Part shown: positions 12,871 through 24,000 of the stretch, one piece after another | Layout: every line of letters begins with the position of its first letter | Position numbering within the stretch: position 1 is the stretch's first letter | NCBI GenBank assembly: GCA_003344405.1 | Contig: NOWV01000021.1 | Span: forward strand, 682,001 to 746,000 | Reading direction: 5' to 3' | DNA from: Trichoplax sp. H2 | Lineage: Eukaryota | DNA: 64,000 nucleotides | The notes under the pieces: model-generated | What the model was told of the DNA's origin: nothing | The model's database searches: none | What the model saw: only the letters and a program-made list of their open reading frames with translations | Program-made: the position numbers and the translations under genes

Positions 12871-14204
12871 AGAAAAGGGTATTGGAGTCGAGTAGAAGGG
12901 TTTGGATCATGCTATCGACTGGGTAACGCAACCTATACTCCGCCTATTACGGTACAGTATAGGTGAAGACGTCGATGGTGATTGTGGCTGCCATTGACTC
13001 AACAGTACTGGTTCTACAATCTGTCACGCAAACTCACCCAGCAATTTCCTTCACCCTTCTAGTACTGCGACTGCGCATCATTCCTTGGCTAGAAAAGGGT
13101 ATTGGAAAGGGGTATAAGCCGGTACAGTACTGTATACAGTAGGTGAAGACGTCGATGGTGATTGTGCCTGCCATTGACTCAACAGTACTGGTTCTACAAT
13201 CTGTCACGCAAACTCACCCAGCAATTTCCTTCACCCTTCTACTAGCACTGCGACTGCGCATCATTCCTTGGCTAGAAAAGGGTATTGGAAAGGAGTATAA
13301 TAAGGGCTTGGATCATGCTATCGATTGGGTAACGCAATCTACACTCCGCCTATTACGGTACAGTATAGGTGAAGACGTCGATGGTGATTGTGCCTGCCAT
13401 TGACTCAACAGTACTGGTTCTACAATCTGTCACGCAAACTCACCCAGCAGTTCCTTCACCCTTCTACTGCGACTGCGCATCATTCCTTGGCTAGAAAAGG
13501 GTATTGGAAAGGGGTATAACCCGGTACAGTATACAGTAGGTGAAGACGTTGATGGTGATTGTGGCTGCCATTGACTCAACAGTACTGGTTCTACAATCTG
13601 TCACGCAAACTCACCCAGCAATTTCCTTCACCCTTCTGCTGCGACTGCGCATCATTCCCTGGCTAGTATAAGGGCTTGGATCACGCTATCGATTGGGTAA
13701 CGCAACCTACACTCCGCCTATTACGGTACAGTATAGGTGAAGACGTCGATGGTGATTGTGCCTGCCATTGACTCAACAGTACTGGTTCTACAATCTGTCA
13801 CGCAAACTCACCCAGCAGTTCCTTCACCCTTCTAGTACTGCGACTGCGCATCATTCCTTGGCTAGAAAAGGGTATTGGAAAGGGGTATAAGCCGGTACAG
13901 TATACAGTAGGTGAAGACGTCGATGGTGATTGTGCCTGCCATTGACTCAACAGTACTGGTTCTACAATCTGTCACGCAAACTCACCCAGCAGTTCCTTCA
14001 CCCTTCTACTGCGACTGCGCATCATTCCTTGGCTAGAAAAGGGTATTGGAAAGGGGTATAACCCGGTACAGTATACAGTAGGTGAAGACGTCGATGGTGA
14101 TTGTGCCTGCCATTGACTCAACAGTACTGGTTCTACAATTTGTCACGCAAACTCATCCAGCAGTTCCTTCACCCTTCTACTGCGACTGCGCATTATTCCC
14201 TGGC
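12871..14204. repeat. Modular tandem repeat array: 7 copies of a ~128 nt core separated by two alternative linker modules
   Basis: Core ggtgaagacgtcgatggtg...cattccttggct starts at 12962, 13142, 13368, 13539, 13736, 13910 and 14081 (spacings 180, 226, 171, 197, 174, 171). Linker X = agaaaagggtattggaaaggggtataa.ccggtacagtatacagta; linker Y = aagggcttggatcatgctatcgattgggtaacgcaacctacactccgcctattacggtacagtata. Confidence 0.97.
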
Positions 14205-15677
14205 TTTTTCGCCCAACACAGATCGGATTGATATCAATATGGGATAAACGACTGACAGGTTACTACAGTACTGCAAATAGACAAACGATTGGCCATCGCT
14301 GGCCTGTACCAACTCCAATCTTGACTGGCGAAACTACTTTCAAGCATACTGCTGTTGCTGCTATAATGTGGAAATTTTCTTTTTTTAAATAAGATTGTAA
14401 TGTCATGACACTGTCAAAACACACACACACACATCAAGCAACATTCATGTCGATTGGGAATGGGAGAATTTGGGATTCGTACAGTATGGATAAAAGTCGA
14501 GATCAGTCGGTAACCCCGCCATTGCTCAATGCTCATTGGATACAGGACGGCGGCGCTACAAGGCCACGCATTGTACACAGTAGAAATACTGTGCACTGTA
14601 CACTGTACATGACACGTTATGCGCATGCACGTTACTCGTGATCGTCCTTTATCACGCGCCACTGCTGATGTTTTTGTCGTGTATTGCTGCGTGGACAAAT
14701 ACCTGATAGTACACTATAGTACTGGCTGTACTGTATTGGTATATCCATAGTGCCTTTCAAACTGGTTACCACTACTTTTGTACGCATACAGTACTGTCTA
14801 GTCAGTACAGACTGATACTGTACGAGTGGACGTGTGGACCAGAGTGTGCACAACTGCGTGGTGAGAAAACAGTAAGCTACTTCACGCTATGAAAAAGAAC
14901 CAGTCAAAGTGTAAAACTAGTACAATTGGATGTTGAGCCATTTCTATGGAAAAGTAAAGCGATTTTATCACCAGTCCATGACCACTGACTAGAGCAATGG
15001 ACGCTGATTGTGTGCTTTGGTTGAAATTTGAGCAAACTTTCCATCTGATTGAGTTAGGTCATACTGGACACTATAGTTCAGCAGTAGTTTGTGGGTACGT
15101 TACTGTACAGTATAAAACCACCGATGCGGTTGTCTTGAGTACAGTACTATAGACTGTAGACGTACAGTATTTTGAACAGCCACGGACGGTGAAGCAAGGG
15201 ACGCTCCAACCACCCTCAGCTTCACACTCTCGATCATAACTGCATGCAAAATAAGGGAAAGAAAAAACAGAAATTGGGTGGTCGAGGAGTCGCCTGGGTT
15301 AATAAGCAAGGCATTTTATTGCTGCACCGATGGGCTAGTCTATGTATAAAGAGCGAAAGAAACCGCTCTTTGGCAGTCTACTGTACAGTAGCTTTGACCA
15401 TCTAGCAGGTAATGTACAGTGTACACTAGTAAATACTGTACTAGTAATAGAGTACAGTACAGTACAGTACTGTAGAACAAGCGTGGGTTGTGACTGTACA
15501 GTACTAGACTCAAGAACTGTACACTGTACACAGTAGCCTCGAGTACGCCAACTGTACTGGACCGGACCGGATCGGACTGGACCACTGTAAGCGCGGCAGA
15601 CACACCATTGGCGGCCTCCATCGGCAGCAAACTAATCTAAATCGCAATATCATTTTCTGCCTTGTAGCAGCAAGAAA

Positions 15678-18323
15678 ATGACAACGACAGGTAAGTAATG
15701 ATTGCAATCGTTTTCATCATTCTCTCGTTGCCATTACCAGTGATTGTTCACTGAGGTAGAATTCTCCATGGAGATGAATGTATTTGTTTGAATTGTTATT
15801 TTACAGCATCGGAATGGATGGAATTCTTCATTGCAGCTGGAATCCCTTCTAGTCCTGCTTCAAAGTAAGAATTAGCGTCTTGTCTTCAAAAATCAATCGC
15901 TGATGGCACACTCGATGGTAGTAAGCCATTGCAGTGAATCATAGACAAGTGCTATTTATCCTCTTAGAGTGTCCATAGTAGCAACAAGTAATGCTTGCTC
16001 CTATAACTTGAACTGGATGGAAATGGACTAGCCAAGAATGACCATCATCAGTCTGACTTGCTTTACTGCATGATAGGATGGAAAGAGAACTCGACTCCTA
16101 GGATTAATCAATGGAATCTTGTTGAAACTAGAAAGTCTATACTGTACATTTTCCACATCGATCGTATCATCACTATGTCTCCAAATTCCTTCAATGAGAA
16201 TGGCTCTGTACACGCTACGTGTAAATATTATCATGAATCGTTTACGATCATTTAGAGAGCCATGACAATAATCTGAGTTACTCCCCTTCTCGCCATCCAT
16301 TTTCGATCGACGTCGACTCCATCTTGATTGCTTGGCTCAATTTTGAAATACTGTAACCTACAGTAATCATTTCTTACAGTAGATACAACTCTTAATGATA
16401 TCCTTTGTTACCATTGCAATCAATCGACTTTATAAAATAGCCAACCATTTTTACTCTACACTATCATGGTGGAGGAATACATCGGACTCCTTCAACTTCA
16501 AACATGAACCTATACGTCATGGAATAGCATCATTTTCATGGTTAACCCATCGACTGTAGTATTAAAATAGGGTCAATCCATACCAGTTGAACTAATCTTC
16601 TGCTTATTCAAACTACTGTAATGGGTCATGAAAAAACAATTTCTCATCAATACACGCTGATGCAAAACCTACTATACATCATTGCGTACATTATGATTAT
16701 AATAAACACTCAATAGCAAAAGCTATTTATAGCTATACATCGTCCGATCAGTCATGGTTACTAGTATACTTTTAAATGATCCATGTTTTTTCTTTTTGTC
16801 AAGAATACTGTGGCTGATATGTTTGAATCACTTTTCTTTCTAGTTATGCCATATTATTCAGTGAGAACAGAATACATCGGAAAATGTTACCTGAATTAAC
16901 AAAGGTATTTATCCAATCCCCAACAAGATGATGGTGCTCTCGTTTCCTTCTTCCTTTGTAATTGAGACAGTGCATATTCGTCTACATACGAGTATATATA
17001 TATACACACCAAATAGCAGTGATAGTCAGCAACAGTATCGTAGCTTATAAATAACAAAAAAGAACAATCATTTGCCATTTTTGACTGAAAGTACTGTTAT
17101 GTCTATTATGATCTTGTGTAGGATATACTCAAGGAAATGGGAATTACTCCAATTGGCGATATGTTAGCTATTTTAAAGCATGCCAAAGAAGTTCATGACA
17201 ACGTAAATTATTAGCTTGAACTCAATAGTTTTAAGTGTTTTTATTTTCACTAGCACTACCCATAGCCAGCCATATTGATTACTTTATACCAATAAGCCTA
17301 ATTATTGATTGTATAATCTAAGAAACATGATCAATCATGAAGTTGATACAATAACAAAGTCAACGTAATCTTTGCATTGCCTACAACATTGCCTCCCATA
17401 AAACAAACTCTGAAACTTGATTTCACATTTTATCAGGAGATTATGAGAGGATTAGTATCGGATAACCCTAGATCAATTGATGGACCATGTAAGAAGAAAA
17501 TCGCCATAAGCAAAGTCTTGAGCTAATATGAGTCTATTTAACGAATGTTTCTTTTATTTAGCAGCTAAGATGAGAATAGGGCCCACCAATATAAATGAAG
17601 TGAAAAAATCTCAAGAAGACACAGTGACTACGAGCTCGCAGAAAAGCCGGGCCATGATTGCACCAACAGTTGCTCCAACATTAAAAATGGTGCAGTCTGC
17701 TACTGAGCAATCAGTAAAAGACGTTCGCAAGGCAACTGTACCAACTGCCACTAAACCAAGTAATACAAGGATAAGAATAAGAAGGATAGCCTTGAATTCA
17801 CAAAATGGTGATTAAATGTAGTCATAGACTATTGCATCTACTCGTTGAAGACAATACTTTAACCTGTTCAGAATCCATGAAATTAGTCATTAACAAGTAT
17901 GATCAACATCATGTTATTTTAGGTAGCCACTCTGGAAAACAGTCTGTATTTGATCGATTAGGCGCTTCACAAAGTGAACAAATTGCTAAGGTGGCATCTC
18001 ATCCTGTTAGGGAAACCCATTCAGTTTTTAAACGTTTAGGGGGTATTCAGCATGATAACAGTACCTCTGCCAAGGATAGACTTCAACCAAGCGTTAAAAT
18101 TAATAGAAAAGGTTTATCCACTGTTGATATAAGACAAGTTAAATTAGGCTCCATGAAACGACCAACCGAAGCGAAAAAACCTAGGGCTAGCATGACAAAA
18201 GCTGAAAAAGTTGCTTTAGCACGAAGTGACCAACTTGGCAATCAAGAAAGCGCTCTGAGTAGATTAGGAGGAAGTAATCCAGCGGCTACTACAGCTAGAA
18301 GACTTATTATACGAAAGAGATGA
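15678..18323 (+). CDS. C19orf47: C19orf47-like protein (N-terminal SAM-like domain, C-terminal SVFxRLG repeats)
   Basis: Exons ~15678-15690, 15807-15864, 16844-16904, 17122-17202, 17437-17488, ~17562-17760, 17923-18323 give SEWMEFFIAAGIPSSPASNYAILFSENRIHRKMLPELTKDILKEMGITPIGDMLAILKHAK, close to remembered human SEWIQFFKEAGIPPGPAVNYAVMFVDNRI. SVFDRLG and SVFKRLG occur downstream. Confidence 0.88.
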
Positions 18324-19436
18324 ACTATACAGTGTTGTAGCTGTTGGCACAACTCGAATCTACAATCAAATTATTTAATTCATTAATGACACCTCATTCT
18401 GTATAATAAAGCGACAGTAAAAGTTCTTCTGTATTATTGGACTATAATGGTACCCTTTTTTTTTTTAGTTTTATAACATTTAAAGCTTAGCTTTACTGGA
18501 TATCCAATCTCGAACGTTATTCCTCTTGCGTAATTCCAATTCAACGATCAGAGAATATTATCTAGTAAATTTACTATCATTTGTTTGACTTTCTCATCTT
18601 ATGGACTGCACAATTCTATAATAGTCATATTAGTAAATTGATGTGTTGTTGTGATGGGAAGCATCGACAGTATCATTCAATCTTGGAACTATTATTTGTT
18701 TGCTTTAGTGACTATGTAGTAAGTTCGTATGGCATTTTTTTTATCAACTGTTTAGTCTGTTTATTAATTAATATCCATTGGTAACTCAATTTAAATGATA
18801 CATCAAAGTGTTTATAAAAGAAGCAAACGCATTACATACAGTTAATTCAAAAAGTAACCATCTGATCGAACTACTGTAGCATTTTGTCAGCGATATTTTC
18901 AAGGAAACCAAACATACTTTGGTGTATCCGATTGTAATAAACCATGATCTTATTGTCAATGGATTACAGCAATTTCCACATTATTGACTTTAAAAGGAGC
19001 TATAAGAATTTCAAAGTCTTAAAATACAATTGCACGATTAAATATTCAGGCATAGTCTATACCAGTATAGCATGATATCAACCGTTATAGCTTTGGTAAA
19101 TTAATAGACTCTTCTCTAATCCTTGAAACTGTACTTGTAATGAGTGTCATTGAATTCGTCCCAAATGAAAGTAACGTTGGACGCTGTTTTCAATGATTAG
19201 TATCTGCATCGACTTTTAAATTCTTATTGGCTAGAGCAAGAATATCCAAGTTTGCATATGTAACAGCAGCATTAGATTATGTCCATTCCTTTCATAGCTA
19301 AAGCATAGTATATTTCTTCTGTCAACATGCACATGGACGTATAATGCCAGTGTATGAGGAAAGTGTTGCAGTCATGGATGACATTCTAAAAGTACAATAA
19401 TAAATAGGACTTGAAATCTGCTTAATCTGTAGGCTT

Positions 19437-20501
19437 CTATCCTTTCTTTGGTTTAGCTAACCAGATTGGTTCTTCCGATTCTGCGGCTCTTTTAAGAGCT
19501 TTCAATATTTCAGTTTGACGCTGCTGTTGGGCTTTCATGACAGCAGGATTACTTTCAGGCAACTCCTGAGAATGAAGTGTACAAATGAAAAAATAGCCTT
19601 GTGAGTTATTTTTCCTCTACCAAAGGTAGATCAATATCAGATTATGGTAAAATTCGTGTAAAATTGATTACTCTCCATGGTTCATAAATACAGTAATGGA
19701 TGTCAAGGCGGTGATCATTACTATTGCATACAATCACTGTCATTTGCCGTGCAACTTGAATCATGATCAAATGGATACTACCAATACTAAAACTAGACGG
19801 GAAAGATTCAAAGTGTAAACAGACTATGTATGCACTGAATATTATGTATTCCTTTCTTTCTATTATCTATTTTCAAGGTATTACGGTACTTGGACAAATT
19901 CAGTATATCTTGCAAGGTAGAAGTTAGCTTTACTATCAGTGGGACAAGAAAGTAGAATGTACATCGTCTCCATATCTACATTAACAGAGACTATCGCATT
20001 AACTTTACTGTATCCTGTAGAAGATTACGAGTAGTACTCTATAGTTAATTGAAACTATAAGACCACTTTTTAAACTTTATCTTGAATAGACATCTATGAT
20101 GAATGCGTGTACTATACACTTTTACATATAACTTAATCATCCTTGCGCTGACACTTTTGCGTTGCATCGAGCGATGAAAGAGATGCTTATAATGTCAGAG
20201 CGTTGCTAAGTTGAAAGAGGCATAGGACAACTTTCACCTCGTTTATAATACTATTCGTTCCATTATGCACTAAACTATCTCATTATAGACTGGTATATTG
20301 GATAGGCTAGCAGTCTATCACGTCGATTGTCTACAATAAATATGGAAAATGAGCACCAGAGTGAAGAATTTTACATTAGCCATCAACTACCTTGAGCAGC
20401 TCCTGTTCATTCGGTTTAGTCACTCTCATCAAACCCCATCCAGCAAGGACGGTTAAGGTTGTTATTCCTATCGTCATACCAATCTTAGCAATGGTACTCA
20501 T
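19437..20501 (-). CDS. UQCC3: Ubiquinol-cytochrome c reductase complex assembly factor 3 / Cbp4-like, 79 aa
   Basis: Exons 20501-20391 and 19565-19437: MSTIAKIGMTIGITTLTVLAGWGLMRVTKPNEQELLKELPESNPAVMKAQQQRQTEILKALKRAAESEEPIWLAKPKKG*. The TM segment, T.P...ELLKELP and S..PIW pattern fit Cbp4/UQCC3. Confidence 0.8.
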
Positions 20502-21002
20502 CTTCTAGTACTTTCTAGCTTTAATTCAGTCGCAATTAATTGAAATACAGCCGTTCAATTCGATCTTACTCCTCGATTTGCAAAGATTTTGATGATTTTG
20601 TCCGCTTGCAATGTCCAATTTCTCTCTGTCGATTGGATGCTTGTTGTTAATGCGTTCAATCTAATACGGCTGCCATACAAAAGCGTTGTTGCCTACCTAC
20701 TGTATGTGTATCACTCTCGATCTCACTATGGATTTTATTACTCTAGCTGTTTTGAACTGTCTCGCCCAAGTAGGGTCTCGTTAGCCACTCGACTATGGTA
20801 GTATACTGTATTAAACAGTCCAAAACGAAAGTATATTACTATGGCTTCGCTACGATATCGAACGAGTCAGCTTTTGCAATTGATTGAATACTATTCCTCC
20901 TATTTCTCTCTCCAAATGCCATCAGGAAATTCATGCAGTTCCTCTATTGCTCTTATTTATAGCTTGATAGTCGATAATCGATCAGTATCATGATAACAGA
21001 GG

Positions 21003-24000
21003 ATGGATTCTCATGTAGAAATCAAGGTTCCGGCAATTGTACCAACACGAGTAGTTACTAATGGCAAAATGATGAAGGGTAAGATGGTGTCGTCAACTTT
21101 GTCCATGGACAAGTTAGGCTAAGATGGACCATTGCTGTGTCCCTTTTTAATCGATAGTAGGACAGTGTACTTGGTAGAATAATTCATCACAACTGCCTGA
21201 TAATGCGTAGAAACTACATCAATCTGAAGATGGATGCTGAAGATGGATGTAGTAGTAGTACAGCAGCTTCAATTCTAAAGTTTACGCTAACGATAATGGA
21301 CGTGACGCAGAGATGGAATATCCTTGAATATCCTTCAGTGCCTATTCAAAATACAGTCAACGTCTAATCTACTCTACACTATAAGCAGTAGTCTATTGAC
21401 TTGAACTACTCTATTCCATGATAGGCGATGTCCATCTACTGAGATCTTAACCAATATATGACTTCTTTAGGGATTCTTTCATCTTGTAAAGTTGATATTT
21501 CTTAGCTATGAGTGGTGCCTATTCAAAATACAGTCAACGTCTAATCTACTCTACACTATAAGCAGTAGTCTATTGACTTGAACTACTCTATTCCATGATA
21601 GGCGATGTCCATCCGCTGAGATCTCCACTAATGTATGACTTCTTCAGGGATTCTTTCATCTTGTAAAGTTGATATTTTCTTAGCTATAAGTGGTGCCTAT
21701 TCAAAATACAGTCAACGTCTAATCTACTCTACAATATAAGCAGTAGTCTATTGACTTGAACTACTCTATTCCATGATAGGAATGTCCATCTACTGAGATC
21801 TCCACCAATATATAACTTCTTTCGGGATTCTTTTATCTTGTAAAGTTGATATTTCTTAGTTATAAATGAAAAGACAATCAATAGACGATAGACAGAGTCT
21901 AGATGCTTATACGATAGACCATAGACATAGTCCGGTGGTGGATTATGCCCTTCTCCTAGGCTGACAGTATCGAGAAACACTTTATGGATTCTTCAATTTG
22001 GGCTAATATTACCACATTACAGTTTATTCAATCAATCAATTGATAAAAGTACTGCATAGATAGCATAATTCTTTACTTGAATTGTCATTAATCAAGCAAT
22101 CTGTAGCCATTCATTCACCCAGATTATTTCGGTTATTAAATACTGTACTGTAGACATCTTCCATTTTGTTACTATTTCTTGCTTGTACGACTATGCATTT
22201 CAATGTAGGATCAGTATTTTTTATTTTTAAAGACTACTAGAATCGCTAGTACAGTATAACAGACGCATCGAGCAATACTAATTCTTGTTAAACTACCAAT
22301 AATTTATAATCTGTCGTCTACATCGCTAAAACGAGTAAACTCTACATTCTGTTGGGATCTATATAGATGTCCTATACATGTCCAACTTTTCATATTTGAT
22401 CCAGTCAATCAACTGTTTGAACTGGTGCTCACGTATGAATAGACAATCTACACTGCATGCAATCCTATAAATGCTCCGATTAATAAACTCCATAGGAATC
22501 TTAACATCGCTAATATTTCATGTTTTTACTCTGCAATCCACTGTTTAAACTAACAAATACAAGACGCGTCGAGAAGAATTATAGAAGCAGCAGTTTTACG
22601 ATCACTAATCCACTGTCTGACTAGATCGCCAAAGTTAATAAACTCTACTCGTAGAAGTGTCTCTATCATTTCGTGTTCTACTCAACAGTAAACTATTTAG
22701 ACTAATGATACAAACAATTTACCGTTCTGAATAGCACAGGCATACGATTCACTGTGGGTATAAGCAGGAACTTTTAACTATCACTAATTAACTGTCTAAC
22801 TAGATCGCCAAAGTTAATCAACTCTATAGGGATTTTAACATCTCTAACATTTATGTTTTACCAAATAATGAACTATTTAAAATAACCATGTTAACAGCAT
22901 ACACAGATAGACGTATATACCATTCGATAGATGCATATAAATACGTGCATACGTATATGTAACAACAGATGCTGTATCGATATCTGTCTTAACTCGTTAT
23001 TTATTGATCATCTTCTACGCGAATCGATCTCCAAAGTTCATCAATTTTATACAAATCTTATAATTTTAGCTATTGCAGATTTTACCTAATTAATTAACTG
23101 TTTAAACTAATACAATACGTGTGTATTGCCTCTACTGTATACATCTGCATCAGGTACTATTTGTCTATCTTTGTTTTAGCTATCAGTAAGTTATTATCTG
23201 TAGTTAGTTGACTAGATTGCCAAGTTAGAACATTGTTCAAAAGTTATCCACTTTACTGATGCAGGAATTAAATAAGACTCAAGCCAACTCTACGCTGCTG
23301 ATTTTACACCTTACTTAGATACGCGTATAAGCATATATGTACACCTTGTGGGTAAACTAAAACATGACTGATCATGTTACTATGTATTTAAGATTTTAGA
23401 AAATGCGCAATCAGTTTCACTCTACTCCTTCTAAATATTATGCATAGAGTAGCTGTATAGCCATATCGTCAATATTATATATCCCCTTGAACTTGCTAGA
23501 AACTATAATGGCAAAACTGTAATAGCACTTCACTTATGATTCAATCCATATAATGACGATAACAATTTCTGCAGTGTCTCTATTCTGCTAAGAATACAGT
23601 TCGTTCATTATTCATGCTTTATTTATCACCTAACTTCTATTCGCTGATTAGAAACGATGAATGCTACCACTGAAACTGAAATACGAGAATTAGATGTCAA
23701 TGTAAGTTCAATCTTGTAGCCTTATTTCACACACGATGCTTGTGCCATTGAAGATAATGACTTTACTTGTGTACCACAGTAGGCGATAATACTGCATATA
23801 ATCATGACGCCGCTTTATCCAATTTTATAAAATCTTTCATGTTCAAAATACAATCTAAACTTAATCACGTATTTATAGGGAGAATACACTAATACATTAT
23901 CACGCGAGCTCTCAACGAAATGGTCATTAACGAAAGAAATTGGATTAATTTACAGTACTAAAGGGGTTCGAATATACTTATGTATACTATGGATACAAAA

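Noticed and set aside
12962..13055. Hammerhead ribozyme (retrozyme) in the array core: the minus strand has CCAGTA-CTGTTGA-GTC[stem]GAC
   Set aside because: The core reads CTGTTGA rather than CTGANGA, and stem II is followed by GTCT instead of the essential GAAA; the topology does not fit.
13143..13403. 86-aa plus-strand ORF in the array
   Set aside because: GTG start, frame not maintained between copies; a by-product of the repeat.
12871..14204. CRISPR-like array
   Set aside because: Repeats are ~128 nt, the linkers are recurring rather than unique spacers, there are no cas genes, and the context is eukaryotic.
9584..14204. Autonomous Harbinger transposon
   Set aside because: No TIR pair, TSD or Myb/SANT second gene found by eye, and the catalytic residues are degenerate.
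14405..15707. Cluster of short overlapping ORFs rich in Y/S/T/V/Q/C (also 56665-57766)
   Set aside because: Translations of TACAGTA-type low-complexity promoter DNA, with no family motifs or splice support.
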